Assembly (NCBI GenBank): GCA_946496415.1 | Contig: CAMMGP010000001.1 | Location: 1-24,681, forward strand | DNA: 24,681 bases | Direction: 5' to 3' | Source: an uncultured Clostridia bacterium | Lineage (GTDB): Bacteria; Bacillota; Clostridia; Christensenellales; Aristaeellaceae | Shown here: positions 17,095 to 24,681 of the stretch, piece by piece | Numbering within the stretch: position 1 is the stretch's first letter | Layout of the letters: the number at the start of each line of letters is the position of its first letter | Position numbers and translations under genes: made by a program | Notes under the pieces: model-generated | What the model saw: the letters and a program-made list of their open reading frames with translations, nothing else | Databases searched by the model: none | Told to the model about the DNA's origin: nothing

Positions 17095-18438
17095 TCAGCG
17101 GTAGTCCTCGCGCAGCTTTGCGGCGAAAGCCGTATTCAGCGCCGATTCCCGGCGCGCTTTTTCTTCTTTGATGCGGAATTGCGCTTCGCGGCGGGGGCGA
17201 TACTCCTCCCAGCGGCGCTCAAAGGCCTCGCGCGCCTTTTTTTGCTCGGGGGTAAGGTCGGCGCGTGGGTGCGGGGCGGGGATGGGCGCGGGCGTCACCG
17301 GCAGGCGCTGTTCCACCGGCAGTATGCTCATATCCGCCTGCGTGGGCAGAAGTTGATACCAGTAGGCGGTGGAACTCCAATCGTCGCAAAGATGGTTGGC
17401 GTGACCGTGCTCTATGGTCACACGCAGGCTCTTCTCGAAGTATACAGGATCCGTGATATGGAAGCGGTAAGCGACATGGAAGCCGTCCGTATCGCCTTCG
17501 TGCACGATGGTGCCGAAGAAGGGGAAGGCGTTGCGCTGCATGCCCCAGGCGTGGTTGAAGTAGTCCTCCGTACCGGTGCCGTTGAGGCTGGGATACTCCT
17601 CGCCATCGATGAAAAACATGTCGTTGCCCTCGCCCCACCAGCTTCCCTGGAAGTGGCGCACGCTGAGGTTGCAGCCGATGTAGTGCCCCTTGCCCTTTAC
17701 GTCCAGCACCACATAGTTGTCCTCGCCCTTGAGGTTGACCATCGTGTTCACTTCGGGGCTGTTGGTTTGTATATCCGGACCCCAGCCCTTGCAGGGGTTG
17801 GCGCGGTTCCACTTGGCGTGAAAGTAGGCGGTATCCTCCGGCAGCGGATGTTTGTACATTTCATAGTCGATATTGAAGTAGAGGATAAACGGCAGGTCGT
17901 TTTCGTTGATGATCTCGATCTTTGCCTTCTTGTTGAAGGGCATGGGTAGATAGCAGGAAACCGAGCAGGGCGCGCCGTAGCGTCCCGCCTCCTCGGGCTT
18001 GAGCGATACGTTGAACGGCAGCGAGGAGAAATTGCCCGGATAGCAATTGCCGATGCAGAAGAAGTCTCCCAGGGGCGCGAGAACGCTGGGCGTATCCTGG
18101 TCATCCCAGGTCATGCGAATAAGAACTTTGCGGTAGTAGAAGGGATCATAGTCGTCACGAATGACGCCCAGGGCCGGATGAATCTCGTTGACGGGCGCGC
18201 ACAACGCGTTGAGTTCGGGATCAAGTATGCTTGGCCCGTTAACGCGGCGGCAGGACGAGGTCATCCAGATGTGGGTAATGCAAGCGGGGCCTTCAATCTC
18301 GCCCAGCACGATGGTTTCGCCGGCGGGGATCATCCAATAATCCTGGTTCATGCCGCGCTGATCCCAGCTGGCAAGGCGGCCGTTGCGGGCGCTTTTGACT
18401 CTGGTGAGGTCGTTGAACATTCCGGTTATCTGTCCCAT
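17095..18438 (-). CDS. GH172 (DUF2961) glycosidase, likely difructose dianhydride I synthase/hydrolase (alpha-D-fructofuranosidase/alpha-D-arabinofuranosidase)
   Basis: GPACITHIWMT, APLGDFF, PMPFNKKAKIEI, WWGEGNDMFFIDG, NGTGTEDYFNHAW, TIEHGHAN, WSSTAYWYQ. Hand count puts the two Glu at 270 and 291, the numbering I recall for the catalytic pair of Bifidobacterium dentium alphaFFase1. RBS AAGGAGGA; no signal peptide. Confidence 0.88.
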   Translation of the reverse strand: MGQITGMFNDLTRVKSARNGRLASWDQRGMNQDYWMIPAGETIVLGEIEGPACITHIWMTSSCRRVNGPSILDPELNALCAPVNEIHPALGVIRDDYDPFYYRKVLIRMTWDDQDTPSVLAPLGDFFCIGNCYPGNFSSLPFNVSLKPEEAGRYGAPCSVSCYLPMPFNKKAKIEIINENDLPFILYFNIDYEMYKHPLPEDTAYFHAKWNRANPCKGWGPDIQTNSPEVNTMVNLKGEDNYVVLDVKGKGHYIGCNLSVRHFQGSWWGEGNDMFFIDGEEYPSLNGTGTEDYFNHAWGMQRNAFPFFGTIVHEGDTDGFHVAYRFHITDPVYFEKSLRVTIEHGHANHLCDDWSSTAYWYQLLPTQADMSILPVEQRLPVTPAPIPAPHPRADLTPEQKKAREAFERRWEEYRPRREAQFRIKEEKARRESALNTAFAAKLREDYR

Positions 18439-18462
18439 GGTGGTATCCTCCTTGCGATGCGT

Positions 18463-19296
18463 TTATCCCTTGACGGCTCCAGCGGTCATGCCCTCCATAA
18501 CGTTTCTCTGGAAAATGATATAGAGGATCAGTTCAGGAACGATAATCATCACGCTGTACGCGGCGATGCCGGCGTAATCGACGCTGTAGCGGCCGCGCAG
18601 GAAGGCGATGCCGCGCGAGAGCGTGTAGTTGGCGGAATCGTTCAGCATGATCGAGGCGAAGGGATATTCGTTCCAAATATACAGCAGGTTGAAAATAATC
18701 ACCGTCGCCAGCACGGGGCGGGCGATGGGCGCGATCACGCGCACGATGAGTTGCCCCAGCGAGGCGCCGTCGATGATGCAGGCTTCGTCGATCTCCCGCG
18801 GCACTGTGCGCAGATAATTCACGAACAGCAGCGTATTGAACGAAACCGATGTAGAGATATAGGGCATCACCAGACCGATCTTCTCTCGCAGACCAATGAA
18901 ATGGTTGATGCGGTAGATGGGGAAGAGCAGTATGAACGGACTAATCGCCAGACCGATGAGCATGAACGTATACAGCGCCGCGCGCACTTTGCCGCGCTTG
19001 TAGTCCAGGCGCGCCAGGGCGAAGGCGCTGGCAAAAGTGATGGGAATCTCAATGGCAAGCGTCACCAGGGCGACAAGCGCCGTGTTGCGATAGAGCAAGC
19101 CCAGATCCAGCTTTTCCAGCGCTGCGGCATAGTTGGAAAAGCTGGCCGACGCCGGCAGCGACAGGGGATCACGCATAATCTCGGCATTGTCCTTGAGGGA
19201 GATGAATACCAGCCAGATCAGCGGCAATATCACGAGGAAGGTGATGAGCGCCAGGGCGACGTACATCAGCGTTCGTGTAGACCTGTGTGTTACCAT
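18463..19296 (-). CDS. Carbohydrate ABC permease (MalG-like, CUT1)
   Basis: Hydrophobic; EAA loop VPREIDEACIIDGAS, WNEYPFA. Confidence 0.92.
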   Translation of the reverse strand: MVTHRSTRTLMYVALALITFLVILPLIWLVFISLKDNAEIMRDPLSLPASASFSNYAAALEKLDLGLLYRNTALVALVTLAIEIPITFASAFALARLDYKRGKVRAALYTFMLIGLAISPFILLFPIYRINHFIGLREKIGLVMPYISTSVSFNTLLFVNYLRTVPREIDEACIIDGASLGQLIVRVIAPIARPVLATVIIFNLLYIWNEYPFASIMLNDSANYTLSRGIAFLRGRYSVDYAGIAAYSVMIIVPELILYIIFQRNVMEGMTAGAVKG

Positions 19297-19297
19297 G

Positions 19298-20179
19298 TCA
19301 CAGCCTCCTTTCGCCGTGTTCGCGGGTGATAAACATGTAGGCGCCCATGATGACGAAAGAGATCAGGAAAGTCACCGTTGCCAGGGCCATGCCATACCCA
19401 TATTCGCCGCTTGCAAAGGTCATATCGTAGGAATATGTCACCAGCGTTTCCGAATAGTGCGTAGGTCCGCCGCCTGTAAGCTGTTGCACGACTTCAAAGA
19501 TCTTCATCGAGCCGGTGATGATCAGTACGCCTACGGAGATGAACGTGCCCTTCATCATCGGCACGGTGATGCATATCAGCCGCTGCCAGAAGTTTGCCCC
19601 ATCTACGGCGGAGGCTTCGTAGACTTCGGTGGGGATCGTCTTTAGGCCTGCCACATAGATCGCTGCGATATAGCCGACCTGTTGCCAGAAGTAGACCACG
19701 GAGATGCTGTATGGCGAGAGCGTGTCGCCGCCGATCCACTCCAGCGCCAGCGCGTCAAGGCCGATAGAGCGCAAGACGTTGTTGATCAGGCCCGTCACGG
19801 GATCCAGGATATAGCCCCAGATGACGCCGACGATGATGCTGGCGATGATTGCCGGCGAAAACAGCAGCGCCTTGCTGACGTTGGAAAAGCGCAGCCTTTG
19901 ATTGAGCAGCAGAGCCACGAAAAACGAGCCGACGCCCAGCAGAATCAGCGACATCACCAGTATGATGCAGGTGTTTTTCAGGGCGATGCCAAAGCTGGGA
20001 TCGTTAAAGAGGCGAATGTAGTTGTTCCAGCCGTAAAAGCGCGGCTTGCTGATGCCGCTGTAACGCATGAAACTGTAATAAATGGCGATGAATACCGGCA
20101 CGATCAGATATACGATGTAGACCGCCAGCGTCGGCGCCAGAAGGATTACTTTATTTCTCGTCTTGCTAAGCCAACCCAC
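19298..20179 (-). CDS. Carbohydrate ABC permease (MalF-like, CUT1)
   Basis: GWNNYIRLFND, EAA loop IPTEVYEASAVDGAN, GYGMALA; GTG start with RBS AAGGAG. Confidence 0.92.
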   Translation of the reverse strand: MGWLSKTRNKVILLAPTLAVYIVYLIVPVFIAIYYSFMRYSGISKPRFYGWNNYIRLFNDPSFGIALKNTCIILVMSLILLGVGSFFVALLLNQRLRFSNVSKALLFSPAIIASIIVGVIWGYILDPVTGLINNVLRSIGLDALALEWIGGDTLSPYSISVVYFWQQVGYIAAIYVAGLKTIPTEVYEASAVDGANFWQRLICITVPMMKGTFISVGVLIITGSMKIFEVVQQLTGGGPTHYSETLVTYSYDMTFASGEYGYGMALATVTFLISFVIMGAYMFITREHGERRL

Positions 20180-20233
20180 ATGTGCTCACTCCTTCTCGAT
20201 CCTGGTAAGCGTCGCCGCCACGCGCTGGCGGGG

Positions 20234-20276
20234 AAAAGAGCGCCGGCCTACCGGCATGGGTAGCGACCGGCGCTCT
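20234..20276 (-). terminator. Hairpin with a short U-tract after the binding-protein gene (leaky terminator or stabiliser)
   Basis: Outer stem AGAGCGCCGG (20237-20246) / CCGGCGCTCT (20267-20276), inner CTACC/GGTAG; AAAA at 20234-20237 gives UUUU on the - strand transcript. Confidence 0.55.
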
Positions 20277-20332
20277 GGCGCCTGCTTGGGCTGCGGCTTG
20301 AGCAGACGCTGGTGCCTTGCGCGCGGGGATGC

Positions 20333-21622
20333 TTACATCGCTGCCTCCGCGATCGCCGCGTCAATGATTTCCACCGCTTCTTCAGTGGTGATGTTGTTGA
20401 GCATCAGCGAGTTGAGCGCGTCGTAGAACGGCTCGTTGATCGTGGGAGAGAGCGTCGCCACCGGGTTGGCGGCCGTTATGCTGGTGTTGCCGTTGGCGAG
20501 CGCCGCGGCGATTTCCGCGAAGGCGGGGTTGTCGTTGGTGAACTCCAGGTCCTCGTAGTTGGTAGCGGGCATGTTGGAGTTCTCATAGAGAATGGCCGAG
20601 CCTTCCTCGCCGAAGTAGAAAGCCAGGAAGCGATAGACGGCGTCCTTCTTGGCCGCGTCTTCGCCGACGGAGGCGCTGACGACGAACGGAGCGTTGCCGA
20701 ACTGGTTGTTGATGTTCTGCGCGTATTCAGAATCGCTAAATTGCATGCCCCACCAGAAACCTACGTCATCGCCCAGCGCAGTGCCGATTTCAGCGGCGTC
20801 CCACTGGCCGGAGGTGAAGATCGCCGCCTGGCCGGTGGTGAAGAGGTTCTTGGCCTCAAAATAGTCGATGGTGGCCATGTTGGCCGGGAAGGCGCCCATT
20901 TCGCCCATCTCGCCCAGCTTGTCAAACAGCGGGCTGAAAATGGCGCTGCTGGCTTCGCCGGCGGTCAGCGCGTCCACATTCTCCGCGTATCCGTAGCGCA
21001 GCAGGCAGTCCAGCCAACCCCAGACGCTGTAATTGGTCATCGCGCCCTGAGCGAAGGTGGTCATGCCGCCTTCAGAGAAGGTTTCGATCATGGAAAGGAC
21101 GTCTTCGTAGGTGGTGGCATCGCTGGGATACTCTACGCCGTACTCGTCGAAAATCGCCTTGTTGTAGTAGAAGCCCGTCACCAAAGAGGTGTAGGGCAGG
21201 CCGATGATCTCGCCATTTTCGTTGACATAGCAGCTCTTCATGGCGTCAGACAAAGCCCCGCTGACCTCGGGATAGGTTTCGAGGAACTCGTCCAGCGGCA
21301 GCAGGAAGCCGTTGTTGCCGTATTCGGGAACGTCGCCTTCCGTGCACCAGAAGATGTCAGGCAGTTCACCGGTCTGCGCCCACAGACGCATCTGCGTGAT
21401 GTGATCCTCAGAGGCATTCTCGATCAGATCGATGGTTACGTCGGGATTGGCTTCCTGGAAAGCCTGGATCGCCGCATAGACTGCCGGTTCCTGTTCCGCG
21501 CAGTTGGCTACGTGGATTGCCAGCGTGATGGTAACATTTTCTTCTGCGGACGCGACTGCGGCCATGGACAGAAGCAATGCTACGACGGTCAAGAGGGCAA
21601 AAAGCTTGCGTACGGTCAACAT
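20333..21622 (-). CDS. Carbohydrate ABC transporter substrate-binding protein (CUT1, family 1)
   Basis: Signal peptide MLTVRKLFALLTVVALLLSMAAVASA; GELPDIF, LLPLDEF, IIGLPY, FYYNKAIFDEYG, FTTGQAAI, GQWD. RBS AAGGAGGA. Confidence 0.92.
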   Translation of the reverse strand: MLTVRKLFALLTVVALLLSMAAVASAEENVTITLAIHVANCAEQEPAVYAAIQAFQEANPDVTIDLIENASEDHITQMRLWAQTGELPDIFWCTEGDVPEYGNNGFLLPLDEFLETYPEVSGALSDAMKSCYVNENGEIIGLPYTSLVTGFYYNKAIFDEYGVEYPSDATTYEDVLSMIETFSEGGMTTFAQGAMTNYSVWGWLDCLLRYGYAENVDALTAGEASSAIFSPLFDKLGEMGEMGAFPANMATIDYFEAKNLFTTGQAAIFTSGQWDAAEIGTALGDDVGFWWGMQFSDSEYAQNINNQFGNAPFVVSASVGEDAAKKDAVYRFLAFYFGEEGSAILYENSNMPATNYEDLEFTNDNPAFAEIAAALANGNTSITAANPVATLSPTINEPFYDALNSLMLNNITTEEAVEIIDAAIAEAAM

Positions 21623-21715
21623 TCAGATTCCTCCTTATTTTTGCGGTCGTGCCGCGATTGGACGCATGAGAAGTACGTTTCAAATATATTCATCGATAAT
21701 CACATTTTCAAGTAC

Positions 21716-21744
21716 ATTATAACGGCTGCGATGCGCTTTGTCAA
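21716..21744 (-). promoter_or_regulatory. Perfect-consensus sigma-A promoter for the CUT1 ABC/GH172 operon
   Basis: On the - strand: TTGACA (21744-21739), 17 nt, TATAAT (21721-21716). Confidence 0.85.
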
Positions 21745-21852
21745 TGGTATATCTTAATTATATTAGCGAATTCGGGCAAATTATATCCAAATTATAGGTG
21801 TGAAACCATATTTTTTACAGAAACAGCGCACAAAGAATCACGAAATTATATG

Positions 21853-21864
21853 GCAATCGATTGC
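21853..21864. promoter_or_regulatory. Candidate LacI-family operator
   Basis: Perfect palindrome GCAATCGATTGC with the AAnCGnTT core typical of LacI-family sites, about 110 nt upstream of the -35. Confidence 0.4.
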
Positions 21865-21881
21865 TTTATGATGTTGCGGAA

Positions 21882-21919
21882 AGAGCCTGGGGGATGGAAG
21901 AGAGCCTGGGGAATGGAAG
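21882..21919. repeat. 19-bp tandem duplication
   Basis: AGAGCCTGGGGGATGGAAG (21882-21900) and AGAGCCTGGGGAATGGAAG (21901-21919), one mismatch. Confidence 0.8.
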
Positions 21920-21952
21920 AGCACGGCCTGCATGCGCTATATCGCGCGTGAA

Positions 21953-22002
21953 ACGCATAAAAGCCCGCCTCCACGATCTTGTGGAGACGGGCTTTTATGC
22001 GT
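21953..22002 (-). terminator. Long inverted repeat, terminator of the regulator-kinase-PepSY operon
   Basis: 22-bp stem ACGCATAAAAGCCCGCCTCCAC / GTGGAGACGGGCTTTTATGCGT, 6-nt loop. The single mismatch becomes G.U only on the - strand; A/T tracts on both arms. Confidence 0.8.
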
Positions 22003-22065
22003 CCATAGGGGGCTTTTCAAGCGGTCGCGCGGGTTCACAGCAAACGCGCGGGCAGACTGTCCGCG

Positions 22066-22698
22066 CTAATCCCGCTCCCATTCCAGCAGTCTTCCCGTGC
22101 GGGCGTCCAGTTCAAACTCGTACTCCTGTCCGTCCAGCCAGGCGTCGCCCTCGTAGAGCAGCATTCCGTCGTCCTCGTCCATTTCCAGGCTGTCCAGTTG
22201 CGCGCCGGGGCGCAGAAGCGAAAGCGTCTGGCTGGCGCCGGCGAAGGTCAACTGCCCATTCATCAGGAATTGCCCGAAGGAGAGAGAACCGGCGGTGAGA
22301 CGGCCTGCTGGGTCGAACATTCCCCAGCCTGCGGCGGTCTCGCCGACAAACCACAGCTTCGCCGCGCCGTTTCCTTCCTCCGCGCGCAGCACGAGTGCGG
22401 CCACGTCGATAGCTTTGAGCGCCGCCTCCGCCTCGGCGCGGCTTAGAAGCGCGCTTTCCGCGCTTTCGGCTTCGCTGCGCAACGAGAGCGCCCGCCCCGC
22501 CGCGTCCAGTTGCAGCGCCCAGTGGCCGCCGCCCGCCGCGTAGGTGTGCGTCTGGCCCGTCTGCGTATCTTCCGCGGCGACGAAGGCCGCGTCCGCGGAC
22601 AGCCACGCAAGAAAGGCGTCCTCCACCGAAGCGGCGCGCGCCGCGAGGGGGGCGAATATCGTCATCAGGCATAGCGTCAGGGCAAGTATCCTTCGCAT
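22066..22698 (-). CDS. Secreted PepSY-domain protein
   Basis: Signal peptide MRRILALTLCLMTIFAPLAARA; C-terminal LEMDEDDGMLLYEG...YEFELDARTGRLL is PepSY-like. Start moved from 22896 to ATG 22698 (RBS GGAGAGGAG). Confidence 0.8.
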   Translation of the reverse strand: MRRILALTLCLMTIFAPLAARAASVEDAFLAWLSADAAFVAAEDTQTGQTHTYAAGGGHWALQLDAAGRALSLRSEAESAESALLSRAEAEAALKAIDVAALVLRAEEGNGAAKLWFVGETAAGWGMFDPAGRLTAGSLSFGQFLMNGQLTFAGASQTLSLLRPGAQLDSLEMDEDDGMLLYEGDAWLDGQEYEFELDARTGRLLEWERD

Positions 22699-22735
22699 GT
22701 CGTTCTCCTCTCCCGGGCGCGCCCGGCGTCGCTTG

Positions 22736-24091
22736 TCAGGCTTCCTGTTCCTCCCGCGCCAGCGGCAGGGCGATGGTAAAACAGCTGCCTTTGCCCGGTA
22801 CGCTTTCGACCTCCACCTCGCCGCCGTGCAGCCGGGCAATGCGCTGCACCAGCGAGAGACCCAGCCCTGCGCCGCCAGCGTGGTGCGAGCGGTCACCCTG
22901 ATAAAAGCGCTCGAAGATGTGGGGAAGGGCCTCCGGCTCGATGCCGGGGCCGTCGTCCTCCACGATGAGGCGTGCCGTTTCGCCCTCCGCGCGCGCGGCG
23001 ATGCGTATATGCCCGCCCTCGCGCCCGTATTTGACGGCGTTTTCCGCCAGGTTGAGCAGCGCCTGCGTGAGCATGGTCTGGTCGCACATCGCCCACACGG
23101 GGCCGTCCACAGCGCACTCCACCGTCATGCCCCGCGCCGCCGCGCCCTCCTCCACCTGCATGGCGGCAACTTCGGCAATGTCGGCAAGATCCATGCGCTC
23201 CATTTCCATGCGCGTCTGCCCCGCGTCCATGCGCGTCAGCGCCAGCAGGCGGCCGATGAGCGTGGACATCTGCCCCGCGCGCAGGCGGATGTCGCGCAGC
23301 GCCTCCTCCTTGTCTTCCTCATTGGCGATGTCGGAGAGGGCGAAGTCCGCCTGCGCGAGGATGGCGGCCACGGGCGTGCGCAATTCGTGCGAGGCGTCCG
23401 AGGTAAAGCGCCGTTCGCGCTCAAAGGAGCGCTCCAGGCGGTCGAGCATGTCGTCAAACACCCTGGAGAGCCGGTAAAGCTCGTCGCGCGCGCCCTGCAA
23501 GCCGATGCGCTTTTGCAGATCTTTTCCGTCGATGATGCTCTCCGCCGTGCGCGCGATGCGCGTGACCGGCCGGAAGGCGCGGCGGGCGATGAAGTACCCG
23601 CCCACGCCGGCGACCACCACCAGCGCCGGCAGCAGTGCCAGCAGCAGCGTCGGGCTCATGTCGTTCAAATTGGGGGCGGCGTCGGCGGAGATGTAGCAGC
23701 GCAGCCAGATGTCCTCCGCGTCGGGGAAGGACATGCGCGTGTCCAGCACATACCAGCGCTCGCCGGAGCGCTCCGCAGCCGGGCGGATGACATTTTCCTC
23801 AAAGGGCAGGTCAAAGCGCCACTTGCCGTAGATGAGGTCGCCCGATTGCGTGTAGAGCGAAACGCGCACGCTGGGCAGATCGTCTAGATTGCGGTCGATC
23901 TCCAGCTGCCCGTCCTCCATGCGCACATCGTTGAGCGCCAGCTGCGTCGTGCCGACGAGCGCCTCCTCGTAGTAGTTGTCCATCATCCGCTGGGCGCTCC
24001 AAAACAGCGCCCCGGCGGCGAGCAGGGCGATCAGCGCCACCAGAAGCGTGTACCAGAAGGTGACGCGCGCCTTGATCGACAGCCGCTTCAC
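22736..24091 (-). CDS. OmpR-partner sensor histidine kinase (HAMP, HisKA, HATPase)
   Basis: FTSDASHELRTP, NLAENAVKY, VEDDGPGI, IFERFYQGD, GAGLGLS; GTG start overlapping the regulator stop. Confidence 0.93.
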   Translation of the reverse strand: MKRLSIKARVTFWYTLLVALIALLAAGALFWSAQRMMDNYYEEALVGTTQLALNDVRMEDGQLEIDRNLDDLPSVRVSLYTQSGDLIYGKWRFDLPFEENVIRPAAERSGERWYVLDTRMSFPDAEDIWLRCYISADAAPNLNDMSPTLLLALLPALVVVAGVGGYFIARRAFRPVTRIARTAESIIDGKDLQKRIGLQGARDELYRLSRVFDDMLDRLERSFERERRFTSDASHELRTPVAAILAQADFALSDIANEEDKEEALRDIRLRAGQMSTLIGRLLALTRMDAGQTRMEMERMDLADIAEVAAMQVEEGAAARGMTVECAVDGPVWAMCDQTMLTQALLNLAENAVKYGREGGHIRIAARAEGETARLIVEDDGPGIEPEALPHIFERFYQGDRSHHAGGAGLGLSLVQRIARLHGGEVEVESVPGKGSCFTIALPLAREEQEA

Positions 24092-24681
24092 GCTTCCTCC
24101 CGCAGGACATAGCCCGCGCCGCGCACCGTGTGGATGAGTTTGGGCGAAAAGCCCTCGTCGATCTTCTTGCGCAGGTAGCGTATGTAGACGTCCACCATGT
24201 TGGAAGCGCCCTCGTAATCATAATTGAAAATATTCTGCTCGATGCGCTCGCGGGAGAGCACCGCGCCCTGATTGCGCATCAGGTACTCCAAAAGCGCGTA
24301 TTCGCGCCCGGTGAGGGCGATGGGCTTGCCGCCGCGGGTGACTTTCTGCGCCGATGTGTCCACGGAAAGGTCGCAGAGCGTCAAAACGGCGCTGCCCTCG
24401 CTCCTGCCGCGCCGGGAGAGGGCGCGCACGCGGGCCATGACCTCGTCCAGCGCGAAGGGCTTGACGAGGTAATCGTCGCCGCCGGCGTCCAGCCCCTCCA
24501 CGCGGTCGGCCACGGCGTCGCGGGCGGTGAGGAAGAGTACGGGCGTGCGCACCCCCGCCTCGCGCGCGCGGCGCACGGCGCTGAGGCCGTCCTCCACGCG
24601 CATCATGATGTCCATGATGGCCACGTCGTAGTCCGACAGCCCCAGAAGGTCGTAGGCCGCGCCGCCGTCGTGACAGACCTC
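24088..24681 (-). CDS. OmpR-family response regulator, 5' end outside the window
   Basis: Frame is open to the window edge (EVCHDG...YDVAIMDIMM); FLTARD, GGDDYLVKPF, LTGREYALLEYL, NMVDVYIRYLRKKI, IHTVRGAGY. Confidence 0.93.
   Translation of the reverse strand, partial: EVCHDGGAAYDLLGLSDYDVAIMDIMMRVEDGLSAVRRAREAGVRTPVLFLTARDAVADRVEGLDAGGDDYLVKPFALDEVMARVRALSRRGRSEGSAVLTLCDLSVDTSAQKVTRGGKPIALTGREYALLEYLMRNQGAVLSRERIEQNIFNYDYEGASNMVDVYIRYLRKKIDEGFSPKLIHTVRGAGYVLREEA

Noticed and set aside
18463-21622. Missing ATPase in the CUT1 ABC cluster
   Set aside because: Normal in Firmicutes, which share an MsmX/MsmK-type ATPase encoded elsewhere.
20312-21757. 481-aa + strand ORF
   Set aside because: Mirror frame of the CUT1 binding protein; no RBS or motif.
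21841-22010. CRISPR array or MITE
   Set aside because: Only two adjacent repeat units with no spacers; the long inverted repeat is explained as a terminator; no cas or transposase gene in the window.
22699-22896. N-terminal extension of the PepSY ORF
   Set aside because: Overlaps the kinase; signal peptide and RBS start at 22698.
22544-23887. 447-aa + strand ORF
   Set aside because: Antisense shadow of the histidine kinase and PepSY genes.

Overview
GC-rich Firmicute-type (probably Clostridia; inferred) carbohydrate-utilisation region with no mobile element, CRISPR array or RNA gene that I can support. Left to right: (1) the last 38 codons of a tRNA-binding-domain protein and its terminator. 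(2) A + strand locus: sugar-binding-protein-like sensor, YesM-type kinase, YesN/AraC regulator, then a ribose-type ABC transporter, a URO-D-like TIM-barrel protein and a creatininase-family amidohydrolase. (3) A mostly - strand locus: CUT1 ABC binding protein, two permeases and a GH172 (DUF2961) glycosidase whose Glu270/Glu291 match the catalytic numbering of difructose dianhydride I synthase/hydrolase; an inverted LacI regulator; then a tightly coupled glycyl-radical activating enzyme, MDR dehydrogenase, divergent glycyl radical enzyme (Cys loop GGCQE) and GH32 beta-fructofuranosidase. (4) A - strand OmpR regulator (partial), histidine kinase and PepSY protein. The strongest candidate for an undescribed system is (3): an apparent difructose-dianhydride/fructoside uptake and hydrolysis locus carrying an uncharacterised radical-enzyme module. 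Several ORF-track starts were corrected using ribosome-binding sites. All family calls come from motif recognition, not database searches.
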